DNA of 64,000 bases, from positions 3,898-67,897 of the forward strand of contig CAYHTZ010000006.1 of NCBI GenBank assembly GCA_964359735.1, in the 5' to 3' direction. The notes beneath the pieces were generated by a model. It was given only the letters and a program-made list of their open reading frames with translations. It had not been told where the DNA came from and ran no database searches. This DNA is from an uncultured Candidatus Saccharibacteria bacterium. Its GTDB lineage: Bacteria; Patescibacteriota; Andersenbacteria; UBA10190. This document shows positions 37,283-46,317 of this stretch, piece after piece. Position numbers and translations under genes: made by a program. The stretch's first letter is position 1, and every line of letters begins with the position of its first letter.

Positions 37283-37846
37283 ATGGAAGTAGCACCTCGG
37301 CCGGCGTCTGCGCCAATGAGTGTCAGAGCGATAGTTCTCTGGTTGGTGGTTAGCGCGGTGGTGGGGGCATTGGTACTCATGGTTGCTCTTTTGGCCATGA
37401 GCCGTTCTCGGCTCCAGGCCAGGAATGTTCAGCTGGAAAAGGACCTTGTTTTCTACCAGAGCACGGATCTGGCTAAGGAGCTGGAGATTTCCCGTCTTAC
37501 GTTGCGGGACAGTGAAGCGCAGCAGGCAGAGGCTAAGCAGAAGTTGGCGGCGGCTGAGAGTGCATTGCTGGCGCTTCGTCAGGAACTGGCGCGGATACCA
37601 TCTATAACGAACATCATTAGTATGATGATGGCCACGTTTGCCAAGCAGCCTCCCAGCTGCTACAGCGCGGCTGACCGGGAAAACGTAGACCAGGCTCTGG
37701 CAGCGCTGGGAGACTCGGCTTGGAGCAGCTTGTGGAGTAGCTTTGTCAGTAGCACAGTGTCGGCGAACTGCAGTTTTTCTCCAGAACTACTCGAGAAAGC
37801 AGTTGTCTATGGTCTAAATAGGGTTTCTGACATGGCGAAGCAATAG
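37283..37846 (+). CDS. Membrane-anchored coiled-coil protein
   Basis: TM helix followed by heptads. Confidence 0.7.
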   Translation: MEVAPRPASAPMSVRAIVLWLVVSAVVGALVLMVALLAMSRSRLQARNVQLEKDLVFYQSTDLAKELEISRLTLRDSEAQQAEAKQKLAAAESALLALRQELARIPSITNIISMMMATFAKQPPSCYSAADRENVDQALAALGDSAWSSLWSSFVSSTVSANCSFSPELLEKAVVYGLNRVSDMAKQ

Positions 37847-37900
37847 TTATCCACAGCTGGCGTGTAACTCCTGGTTTTCAAAAGGGTATAATTTTTCACG

Positions 37901-38884
37901 ATGGTTCATAAAGGAGGGAGGAAGAAGCGATTCAAAAAACTGGCGCCCATAACCTTGCTGGCGGGAGCGGCATTGGTGGGAGCTGTACTAGTTCAGAAAG
38001 GCTCTTTTTTTCAAACAAGCGGGAGGTCACCAAAGATTGAATCAGTCTCACCATCTCCCATCGTAGTTGGGAAAGAGTTTACCGTTACGGGTTCTGGATT
38101 TACCACCGAGGAGGAATATGAAGTCTTTAAGGGGAAGGGCTCTGTTGTAGCAGAACCAAGAAGAGATGTCTTAACTTCCTATCCAGGCAATTGGTACCAG
38201 TTGAGAGGGAGACTGCATGGCCGTCCAGTTTTTTCGCCAGATGGGAAGACGCTTACGTTTGAGCTTAGTTTAAGCTCTAAAGAGGTGCCGGAAAATTGTC
38301 TTACAGAAACAACTGGTAAAAAGTGCCAAATTCCAATCCAAATAGTTAATGCCGCCGGGGTGGCAAGTAATGTTAAGCTGATAGAAGTTTTTATTCCCGA
38401 GATTAAACCACTCATTTTCTCTTCAGCCTATGCTCTCGATAACCCCACCAGTCTGAATGTTCCGGCTGGAGCTACGGATGTTGATGTAGCAAAGGTAAGA
38501 GTGAGAGCCGGTGCCCAAAATGATGCTGACGTAATACTTAGTAGTCTGATGGTTCAAACAGGCCCACCGACGCTTTCGATTGATTGTTACAATACCTTCG
38601 CAAACGTTAAAGTATATGAGGTTGAGAGCGGTCAGGCAGTCGGAATTGGAGTTCTTGGTCCATCATGGGCAAACTCTGGTTGTTGGGATATTTTTCCAAC
38701 ATATGTTGTTCTCCCACCGGGAACCGAAAAAACACTTCTTCTTAAAATGTCACTAAAGTCGACAGCCCAAGTGGGTCTGCAATTTAACTTAGGATTAACC
38801 ACTGGTTCGACTGGCTATATTGAAGAGATAGATTATCCTGCTCCTCAAGGATCAAGCCCCACGATCACCATAGTTGCTCCTTAA
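37901..38884 (+). CDS. Membrane-anchored protein with IPT/TIG-like and second Ig-like domain
   Basis: PKIESVSP....G.EFTVTGSGF. Confidence 0.7.
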   Translation: MVHKGGRKKRFKKLAPITLLAGAALVGAVLVQKGSFFQTSGRSPKIESVSPSPIVVGKEFTVTGSGFTTEEEYEVFKGKGSVVAEPRRDVLTSYPGNWYQLRGRLHGRPVFSPDGKTLTFELSLSSKEVPENCLTETTGKKCQIPIQIVNAAGVASNVKLIEVFIPEIKPLIFSSAYALDNPTSLNVPAGATDVDVAKVRVRAGAQNDADVILSSLMVQTGPPTLSIDCYNTFANVKVYEVESGQAVGIGVLGPSWANSGCWDIFPTYVVLPPGTEKTLLLKMSLKSTAQVGLQFNLGLTTGSTGYIEEIDYPAPQGSSPTITIVAP

Positions 38885-38896
38885 TCCGTGGTGCTG

Positions 38897-38917
38897 ATTC
38901 CGCTCCAGGAGCGGAAT
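38897..38917. terminator. Family C hairpin between convergent genes
   Basis: ATTCCGCTCC-A-GGAGCGGAAT. Confidence 0.55.
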
Positions 38918-38981
38918 TGGGGACTGCAAGCTTTTTCAATCTCCTTACACCTACGAAGTGTAAAGAGGTGTGTCAGTGAGC

Positions 38982-40127
38982 TTAGAACGTAGCGCACTGG
39001 CCGTAGACTTTGAGCTGCATGGTGCCCGAAGTGAGGTTGCGGGTGCTGAACTTCCAGAATCCGTTGGCGGTGGTGTAGTACGAATTGTCGATTGGGCTGC
39101 CGAAGGAATACCCTCCCATGACGAGCAAGCCCTCGGTACAAGCCACGTCGCTGCCGTCTCGTACATTCGAGGGAATGTTTTTGTTCTTCTGGATTTGAGT
39201 GAGAGTGATGGGTCCACCGGAGTAACAATTTACGAAGACGGAGAGAGGATGTGATGATCGCGTGGGGTTTTTGGCCTTTATCTGCCAGCCGTTGCCGACT
39301 CGGTTTGAGAAAATGACTTGCAGGTTGTCGGCGTAAAAACCGCCGCTTAGCGCCGTGTGTCCGTCGGGGCAGTCTTTAGTTACCTCACCGATGGCGCCGG
39401 AGGCGACGGTGGTGCTGTCCGCTCGGACTGATACCGACCCGGGCAGCCCCGAGACGCATTGGGCTCGGGCAGATAGGCCCGCGGGGGCGAGCGCTGAATT
39501 GTGAGCCTCAACATACCACCCTTGTCCAGATCGGTAGCTGCGCCAAATTTCGGTGTCGTAGGTGGCGGTAAAGCCTCCGCCGACAATCGTTGACCCGGCG
39601 GGGCATTCGGCGCGCGCAGAAGCGGAGCCGCCAGCGGCGACTGTGGATTGGCTACTGGAGCTAAGAAGTTCCGGAGTTGGGGCGGGTGTTGAGGTGGGAG
39701 TGGCTGCTTCTTCTGGCGTAGGTGTGGCGGTAGTGCTACCTGTCCCGAAGCGTGGTTGGGGGCGTGCGTAGGTGGGAGAAGGTGTGCTAGCAGACGCAGC
39801 GCCAGTTGCCGCCGGAGATGGTTCCGAGATTGATTGAGATGAAGAGGCTGAAGATAATGTTTCCGTACCTTGCTCGTCAGCTTCTTTAGTGAGATTTTCT
39901 ACTTCGTCAGCTACGGGGAGCTTACCAAAGATGCCGAAATTATTGCGAGTGAGTGGGGTGGTGAGTGAAGTTTGGGCTGTGAAGAGCCACACGATGCCGC
40001 CGGCCAGAGTAATTAAAGCCAAACCAATAATTATAATGACAAGGATACGCTCGAGGTGCTTTTCGGTAAGAAGTTTCTTTTCTGGTGCAGACGAGGGAAT
40101 AGTCGGAGTGATATTTTCTGGTGTCAT
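38982..40127 (-). CDS. Stalked surface protein with three C-terminal 'CP.G...GGG' repeats
   Basis: TM, Ser/Thr/Pro linker, AECPAG..VGGGF, DCPDG..LSGGF, ACTEG..MGGY. Confidence 0.8.
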   Translation of the reverse strand: MTPENITPTIPSSAPEKKLLTEKHLERILVIIIIGLALITLAGGIVWLFTAQTSLTTPLTRNNFGIFGKLPVADEVENLTKEADEQGTETLSSASSSQSISEPSPAATGAASASTPSPTYARPQPRFGTGSTTATPTPEEAATPTSTPAPTPELLSSSSQSTVAAGGSASARAECPAGSTIVGGGFTATYDTEIWRSYRSGQGWYVEAHNSALAPAGLSARAQCVSGLPGSVSVRADSTTVASGAIGEVTKDCPDGHTALSGGFYADNLQVIFSNRVGNGWQIKAKNPTRSSHPLSVFVNCYSGGPITLTQIQKNKNIPSNVRDGSDVACTEGLLVMGGYSFGSPIDNSYYTTANGFWKFSTRNLTSGTMQLKVYGQCATF

Positions 40128-40891
40128 AGGTTAGGAAGGAGTGAGGAAAAGAAATCAGCGAATGATTCGAACCACGACGGTTTGTCGGTAATTCCCTTCA
40201 CTTGCTTTTTCGATGTTTGAATTTTAGCGGTTGGTTGATACTCAATTTTTAGTCGTGGGGAGTGGCCCGGTGGCATATCAAGACCGAATTGTTCAGAGGC
40301 TTCCGGGCGCTGCGAATCCGTACTCTCGAAGGCAATGGCGTAATCATTTTCTTCCCAACTAGTTGGGTCCACATCCGGATTGCCGAGGTCGGCCGGCTGG
40401 GCGGAGACTGAGAAACCGCGGTTACTTTCCGGGTGACGGAGCCAATCTTTGACTACCTCGGTGACATCGAATGAGACCCACGTCTGGGCGCCTTGTTCCA
40501 TGACCGCCTCCACGTACGGGGAGTTTAGATTAATGCCGGGCCCGCGGACGGGAAAATTCTCCACTGTCCAATCATCTTCAGCTGGAGTGACGCGGACGCG
40601 AATGCGACCATGCCCAAATCCGCCGAAATGATACACCTGGAACAGGACGCGGCTGATTTGCGCGACGGGGGGAGCGTCGCTCAATTCATCGAATTTTACG
40701 CCGAATCGTGATTGGGTGAAGAAGTGGCTGCCTTCTAACCAGAGGTAGTAGGTGTTGAACGGGTAGCGGTCTGGTTCAAACTTGTCGCCCATGGCGTCCT
40801 GGGTGGCGTTAATCTGCATGGTGGCGGCCGAAGCGGGCAGCGCTGTGAGGATAGCGGACAGGAGGCTGAATATGATGGCGAGAGTTTTCAT
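40124..40891 (-). CDS. Secreted DNRLRE/CBM96-like domain protein
   Basis: Signal peptide; KFD, WVSFDVTEVVKDWL...NRGF, F.S, PRLKI. Confidence 0.75.
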   Translation of the reverse strand: MKTLAIIFSLLSAILTALPASAATMQINATQDAMGDKFEPDRYPFNTYYLWLEGSHFFTQSRFGVKFDELSDAPPVAQISRVLFQVYHFGGFGHGRIRVRVTPAEDDWTVENFPVRGPGINLNSPYVEAVMEQGAQTWVSFDVTEVVKDWLRHPESNRGFSVSAQPADLGNPDVDPTSWEENDYAIAFESTDSQRPEASEQFGLDMPPGHSPRLKIEYQPTAKIQTSKKQVKGITDKPSWFESFADFFSSLLPNL

Positions 40892-41607
40892 CTTGCGCCT
40901 GCGCGGGTTATACCAATAATCAGCGTCGGGGAGGACCCTAGCTCACGTGGGGTTAAGTCTTGAAGATCGGCGCTGCCGTTTGCGCGGGATTCTTTGCTAA
41001 AGAAAGCTACACCGAATGCACAATAGCAGGGGTTGGGAACATCGGCGGTAATGAACATGCCGTTGTTGGGCTGGCCATCTTCTAGCCACTTGCGCACAAT
41101 GCTCCTCACATCCAGTGTGACTGTTTGCCGGAAGAAACGCAGGCCATCCACGATGACCCGCGGTGATTGTTCTGACCAGGTATTGAACGACTCGGCGTCA
41201 AAAAATGGAGCGGTGGGGTGGTCCCAGACGACTTGGTTTTCGCCATTGAACATATCTTCCAGGCGGTGAGCACGGATTGGGGTAGAGCCCCAGCCGCGTT
41301 GCACGACTTGGGTTAATTTCAATTGCGCAGAATCGACACGGTCGCCGGGATTCAGATGAATGGAGCTCACGTCAAAATGGATCAAAATTTTCGAAGGAAT
41401 TTCACTGCTGGGTGGATCACTATAGTAGACCAGAAAGAGATACGGTTCCGATCCAAAATTTTCCTGCGGATGGTGGGGAAAGACGGTGGTGTCGCGGTCG
41501 GGTGCGAGCGTGAATTTTTCAGCGGCGCTTGCTGGATGGTACGTAAAGAGCGCTAGCATTCCCCCGATTGCCACCGTGCTAAGAAGAAGGAAGGAGCGCT
41601 GACTCAT
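40888..41607 (-). CDS. Secreted DNRLRE/CBM96-like domain protein
   Basis: DTTV...P.ENFG, LIHFDVS, SAQLKL, LDV.SIV.KWL..G..NNG. Confidence 0.78.
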   Translation of the reverse strand: MSQRSFLLLSTVAIGGMLALFTYHPASAAEKFTLAPDRDTTVFPHHPQENFGSEPYLFLVYYSDPPSSEIPSKILIHFDVSSIHLNPGDRVDSAQLKLTQVVQRGWGSTPIRAHRLEDMFNGENQVVWDHPTAPFFDAESFNTWSEQSPRVIVDGLRFFRQTVTLDVRSIVRKWLEDGQPNNGMFITADVPNPCYCAFGVAFFSKESRANGSADLQDLTPRELGSSPTLIIGITRAGAR

Positions 41608-41637
41608 ACCTACCTGCTGATAGTGTATACTGGAGTT

Positions 41638-42108
41638 ATGAAGCTGGGAATGGTCGGGGTGGCGGTGGTAGCACTGCTGGTTGGAGCAACTGCCGGGTGG
41701 TTTGCGGCTCAATATTATCAGGGGTCAAACACGGGTATGAGCAAGACAGAGCTGCCTGATTCGCTGCCGGTAGTGGTATTTCAGCAGGCCGGGTTGCTGT
41801 CGGCGCGGGATAAAACCTTGCTGGAGGAGCGGGTGATTCAGCCAATGATTGATTACCACAACGAGAACGAGGTCAAGATTGTGACTATCTCAGTGAAGAC
41901 ACCGGCTCACAGCGGGGAGGAATACGACATTGAAACGTTCTTCGTGGGGGGCGTCTATGAAGGGATGATATGGGGGAAGAAAGATGGAGACATTCCTTAC
42001 TGGGTGCCTGGCTGTCTTGGGCCGTGTGCGTTGAGTGATACTTTCCGCGCGAAGCACCCAGAGATCGTGGCGCAGATGAAAAAATACGGGACTCTAGCGG
42101 AAGATTGA
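41638..42108 (+). CDS. Hypothetical membrane-anchored protein
   Basis: TM; W.P.C.G.C..SD.F..KHPEIV. Confidence 0.7.
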   Translation: MKLGMVGVAVVALLVGATAGWFAAQYYQGSNTGMSKTELPDSLPVVVFQQAGLLSARDKTLLEERVIQPMIDYHNENEVKIVTISVKTPAHSGEEYDIETFFVGGVYEGMIWGKKDGDIPYWVPGCLGPCALSDTFRAKHPEIVAQMKKYGTLAED

Positions 42109-42123
42109 TTGTAGGCGCTGGCG

Positions 42124-42759
42124 TTAGAGCAGATGGAAAGAGTCTAGAATTTGCTGGAAGACTTCGCGGCCTTGGGGGTATGTGTCAGGGTTGTACACAA
42201 AAGAGAAGGTGTAGGTAACGCCTTCATGGTGGATCATGGCATCGACCTGCTGGCCGAGCATGGTGCTGGGGTCGTTCTGGGCTCGGAATGAACCGGGAAT
42301 GCTATCAATAATAATCGGTCGGCTGGCGATGCCGGGACGGCTCATCACTTCATTGGGGTCACCGGGGCCGGCGTGCAAGCCGAATGACGCGCCGCGTTCG
42401 TAGTACTGGGGAACAAAGGGGCCATCGGTGTTTTCGTCAGCGCGAACAGAAAAATCAGGGCTTTGGGCACTGATGTAAGATAGTCTCACGCCTTTCTTGC
42501 CTTCACTGGCTGTAACTTTCCAGCCCGTGGGAAGAGTGATGCTATAAAGATTTGATTTGTCAGTGATGAGTTCCCCTTCGAGGGTTGGCAGGGGTGTTGG
42601 CGCTGGGGCGAGCCCCGTTTCAGAGGGACTGGCAGTTCCGCTCGCAGGAGCGGAACTTGTCTGAAACGGGGTAGGGCTTCTTAAGACAGCGTACCAGATT
42701 GCGGCCGCAAGGATGGCGAGGATAATAGCTGGACCAATCAGTAAAGGAAGACGTCGCAT
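42124..42759 (-). CDS. Membrane-anchored PsbP/Mog1-like protein
   Basis: YSITLPTGW ... FQQILDSF. Confidence 0.72.
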   Translation of the reverse strand: MRRLPLLIGPAIILAILAAAIWYAVLRSPTPFQTSSAPASGTASPSETGLAPAPTPLPTLEGELITDKSNLYSITLPTGWKVTASEGKKGVRLSYISAQSPDFSVRADENTDGPFVPQYYERGASFGLHAGPGDPNEVMSRPGIASRPIIIDSIPGSFRAQNDPSTMLGQQVDAMIHHEGVTYTFSFVYNPDTYPQGREVFQQILDSFHLL

Positions 42760-42790
42760 ACCGTGATGCTTCTTATTGTATACTTTCGGT

Positions 42791-43990
42791 GTGAATTATG
42801 GAAAACTAGTGATTGTTTTTGCGGCCGGGCTGGCGATTTTTGGGCGAGCGCCCCAACTTTTTTTTGACCCGCGGCTGTGGGCGGAGGAAGTGACGGTGTA
42901 CTTGGAGCGGGGGCTCACCTGGCCGTGGTATCAAGCAATTTGGCTTCCCGATAGCGGCTACGTTAATTTGCTCGCGAATGGAGTTGGTATTCTGGAAGCG
43001 AGATTTGTGCCACTCGAATATGCTCCGGTTGTGCCACTCGTCGTTTCCTATCTCATCATGCTGCTGCCAATTGTGCTCGTGGTATGGAGCACAGGGGCTT
43101 GGCAGAATATTTGGAGTAAAGTCGCAGCTGCGGCGGTGATTGTGCTCACAGTGCCAAATCAGGAAGTGTGGCTGAATAGTATTACAAGCCAGTTTCACTT
43201 GAGTCTCGCTACCGGAATTATTTTGGCGCTGCCAGCGGTGGAATCTCTACGCCTGAAGTGGCTGCATCGCGCTGTTATTATTCTCGCCGGCCTGGGCGGC
43301 GCGGCTTCGATTCTACTGGCGCCATTGTTTATTTTTCGAGCTTGGAAGGATCGCTCCCGCGAGCGCGCTCTTCAGGCGGCAATACTGGCTGGTGTGGTGA
43401 TAGTGCAGCTTCTTATTTCGGCGCACTATGGATTGGGCAACCATGTGGTGAAGTTTATGCCCGGTATGTGGTGGCTCGTGATTATGGTGAAGAGTATGCT
43501 GTTGCCTTTCTTGGGAAGCGGAGGTGCTGCCGATCTCATCCCGCTATCTTGGCCGATGTACATTGGCGTGAGTGTGGCGGCCGTGAGTGGGGTAGTGGCG
43601 ATGTGTTGTGCGAAGGTAGCAGAAGCTCGCTGGCTCATAACATCCGCGCTCGCATTGATATTTTTTTCGCTCATTCTTTCGCTCGATGCACCAGCGAAAT
43701 TAGTGTCGCACTTGGTTGGTAACCGGTACTTCTTTGCGCCGAATGCCTTGCTGGGGTTAGCGTTGGTGGCCTGGATGTTTCATGTGCCATTTAAGAAAAA
43801 ATGGACGCGTGGGGTAGGAGTTTTTGTACTTATCTGGCTTGCAGTTGTAGGTGTGTGTGAATATTTCAATGCAGATCCGTTGTTTTTTGAAGGGCCGTCG
43901 TGGCGGACAGAGATTCACGCGTGGCGAGAGGATGCCTCGCATGTAGTTCGCGTCTGGCCGCGACCCTGGACGTGGGAAGTGCCACTTTAG
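42791..43990 (+). CDS. Polytopic membrane protein, GT-C/glucosyltransferase-like
   Basis: PRLWAEE, GY..L, many TMs, RYFF, C-terminal WP..W. Confidence 0.7.
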   Translation: MNYGKLVIVFAAGLAIFGRAPQLFFDPRLWAEEVTVYLERGLTWPWYQAIWLPDSGYVNLLANGVGILEARFVPLEYAPVVPLVVSYLIMLLPIVLVVWSTGAWQNIWSKVAAAAVIVLTVPNQEVWLNSITSQFHLSLATGIILALPAVESLRLKWLHRAVIILAGLGGAASILLAPLFIFRAWKDRSRERALQAAILAGVVIVQLLISAHYGLGNHVVKFMPGMWWLVIMVKSMLLPFLGSGGAADLIPLSWPMYIGVSVAAVSGVVAMCCAKVAEARWLITSALALIFFSLILSLDAPAKLVSHLVGNRYFFAPNALLGLALVAWMFHVPFKKKWTRGVGVFVLIWLAVVGVCEYFNADPLFFEGPSWRTEIHAWREDASHVVRVWPRPWTWEVPL

Positions 43991-43993
43991 GAA

Positions 43994-44767
43994 TTAGTTG
44001 TAGATGGCGGCGGTGCCGGAAATGTCGCCAGTGGTGAGCGTATTTTTCTTTACTTCGCCTTTGGAACCGTAGCCATACATAGTGTTGTCCACGTAGTCGG
44101 CGGTGTACATATCATCCAGGCCCAGCCAGTGGCCCAATTCGTGGTTCATAATATTTTCCGCATCGTAGGCAGTGGATTCGGCACACTGGGCTTGAGTGGA
44201 CCACCTCCAGGAGAATTTTTTGTTCATAATGGTGTCAACGTCAACTACTTGGCCGGTGGACGTGTAGTAGCGCACGTAGGTGACACCAAGCGCGGAGCCA
44301 GAGGTGCGGCCCCAAGCGATGACGTTTTTCCCGTCGTAGGCTTGGCGGGTGACAGATGTGTTTGGTCCTTGGGTGAATGTAACTTTACTGTTGGCGGCGG
44401 CGGTCCAGTCAGCGAATCCGTTTCCCACAATAGTAGGTAAGTTGCTGCCACCCACGGAAGACGGCACGCTGCTGGGGTTCAAATTGTATGTCCAGTTGGC
44501 GGGAAGCTCCCAGCCGGCGGCACCTACCAAGGCGGCAGAGTCGGGGTCAGCGAGGTTGCAGACAAGCGCGGAAGATTCGTCTCTGGTTGGCCGTTCTGGG
44601 TGTGCGAAAACACGCACGTGTATTCCAGGATGTTCGGGATCGGGATAGTCGCCACTCTCTGCAGGAATGTCAGAAGGTCTGCCGTGGGCGGCACTGGCGA
44701 CGTGTGCGACAGCGATAAGAGTAAAAGCAGCGATGATACTGGCGATGGTCAGGGCAGGTTTGCTCAT
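43994..44767 (-). CDS. Secreted matrixin-like (M10) metalloprotease
   Basis: HELGHWLGLDD (third ligand Asp), Met-turn TMY, DGKNVI.W. Confidence 0.88.
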   Translation of the reverse strand: MSKPALTIASIIAAFTLIAVAHVASAAHGRPSDIPAESGDYPDPEHPGIHVRVFAHPERPTRDESSALVCNLADPDSAALVGAAGWELPANWTYNLNPSSVPSSVGGSNLPTIVGNGFADWTAAANSKVTFTQGPNTSVTRQAYDGKNVIAWGRTSGSALGVTYVRYYTSTGQVVDVDTIMNKKFSWRWSTQAQCAESTAYDAENIMNHELGHWLGLDDMYTADYVDNTMYGYGSKGEVKKNTLTTGDISGTAAIYN

Positions 44768-44826
44768 AGTGTGAGTATACCTATTCTATACGCCTTTTTG
44801 AGAAAAGGTGTCAAGTGGCTTGTGCC

Positions 44827-45492
44827 TTACGGCGTGGTCAAAGGGCCTTTCCGGCGCAGCCATTGGAGGACGTGTTTTATGACGATGAGCCACCAGAACA
44901 GCCAGAATATCCACGGAATCCACCACCACAGCCAGCACCACCAAAACCACCAGCAGAACCCCCACCACCAGCCCCAAATCAGCCAGGGGATAAACCAGAT
45001 CCACGGAATCCACCACCACCACGGCCAGGGCCAAGCAAATACCCAAAAGCGCTGTCTCCACCATTGCCAGGAAAAGACGAACCAGGGAATCCACCACAGG
45101 AACCCCCAGATGAGTCCCCACTGCCACCCCCAGTGCAGCCACTGGGGGAGATTTTCCAGAAGTTCGCTTGGCTGGGATAGCTGCATGTCTGTCGTGGTTA
45201 TGTCGGCCTGCTCTTGGCTTTGTTTTTCTAGGGCTTGCAGGCGCTCCTCAAAGTTTTGGATAACGTCAGTTTGCTCGATGGTTTGGGAGAGTGTGTCGAG
45301 CTGTTGCGGTTGGAGTTGTGACCGAGATTGGCTGGCTGCTTGGGGAGCAGGGGCTTCAGTTGCTGCCTGGTGGGTAGCGGTCTCATTGGTTTGGGCCCGC
45401 TGTGTGCCGGTGCCGGGAGCGGCAATTTGGGCCATGGTGATAGCTGGCAGCAGCGCTATTGTCCCCGTCAGTAGTAACATGCGCCAAATCAT
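44827..45492 (-). CDS. Exported protein with extremely Trp-rich C-terminal domain
   Basis: Signal peptide, Gln/Ala linker and coil, 38 Trp in 94 residues, basic RRK end. Confidence 0.78.
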   Translation of the reverse strand: MIWRMLLLTGTIALLPAITMAQIAAPGTGTQRAQTNETATHQAATEAPAPQAASQSRSQLQPQQLDTLSQTIEQTDVIQNFEERLQALEKQSQEQADITTTDMQLSQPSELLENLPQWLHWGWQWGLIWGFLWWIPWFVFSWQWWRQRFWVFAWPWPWWWWIPWIWFIPWLIWGWWWGFCWWFWWCWLWWWIPWIFWLFWWLIVIKHVLQWLRRKGPLTTP

Positions 45493-45547
45493 GCTACTGG
45501 TGTACCACCTGGGTGAACTTTCGGTCAAGTGGAGTAAGATTAGGCAT

Positions 45548-46303
45548 ATGACTCAGCGTTGGTATCTGGTAGTGGGTAGTGTTGGCTTGATCGGGCTGGT
45601 TGTAATTGTTAGTACATACCAGTACTGGACTTCGCGCGGAAGAGAGCGCGTGGAGGGGTTGAGTAGCTTTGTCGAGAGGTTTACTGGAGACAAAGTCAAC
45701 ACGAGTACCTACGGCACAAAAAGCACGGGAGGGGGCACCATCAACCAGAACAATGCTTTGATTACAGCAGGGAAGGGAACGGACAAGAAAGTTTGGAATG
45801 TGCTATTCACAAAAGACGATGTAAGTTTTACCGCAGATTTTACGTCGCAAGCGCTCGTCACACTCACCAATAAACCGCCACTGGATGGGGATGTGATGGC
45901 AATTCTGGGTGCGGAGAAGCGGTCGGTGGTGACCACGGGAGAAAATAGCGGGATTAATTGTGAACTGAGTATTGGCAGCCATGCCACTGGCGCAATCCTG
46001 CGCATGGAAAATGCCGCGGGGAAGGGAAGCAACAGCGTGGATGTTCCCAAGACGAAGGGCACCATGAAATTATCGTACAACGCCAAGAATAAAACGGTCT
46101 CGTGCAGTTTTGGGGAAGCGAAACTCAGTTTGCCGCAGACAGCGCCGGCCGGCCGCTATGCGCTGACGCTTCGCTCTGGCTTGCATAAGATTGTAGCGGC
46201 GCACGGGGATGGGGAACACGAACCGGTGGCCGAAAGTGTACAGGGCGGCACGGGGAATTTTACGGCCACGTTTGATGACTGGCAGGTGACGATGAAGAAA
46301 TAG
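45548..46303 (+). CDS. Membrane-anchored beta-sandwich protein
   Basis: ATG at 45548 gives N-terminal TM; ends FDDW.V. Confidence 0.72.
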   Translation: MTQRWYLVVGSVGLIGLVVIVSTYQYWTSRGRERVEGLSSFVERFTGDKVNTSTYGTKSTGGGTINQNNALITAGKGTDKKVWNVLFTKDDVSFTADFTSQALVTLTNKPPLDGDVMAILGAEKRSVVTTGENSGINCELSIGSHATGAILRMENAAGKGSNSVDVPKTKGTMKLSYNAKNKTVSCSFGEAKLSLPQTAPAGRYALTLRSGLHKIVAAHGDGEHEPVAESVQGGTGNFTATFDDWQVTMKK

Positions 46304-46317
46304 TATTAGAAAAGGCC

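Noticed and set aside
44600-45547. His/Gln/Pro-rich 5' part of the 567-aa plus-strand ORF 44600..46303
   Set aside because: Antisense shadow of the TGG-rich gene and overlaps matrixin; the credible gene starts at ATG 45548 with a TM anchor.
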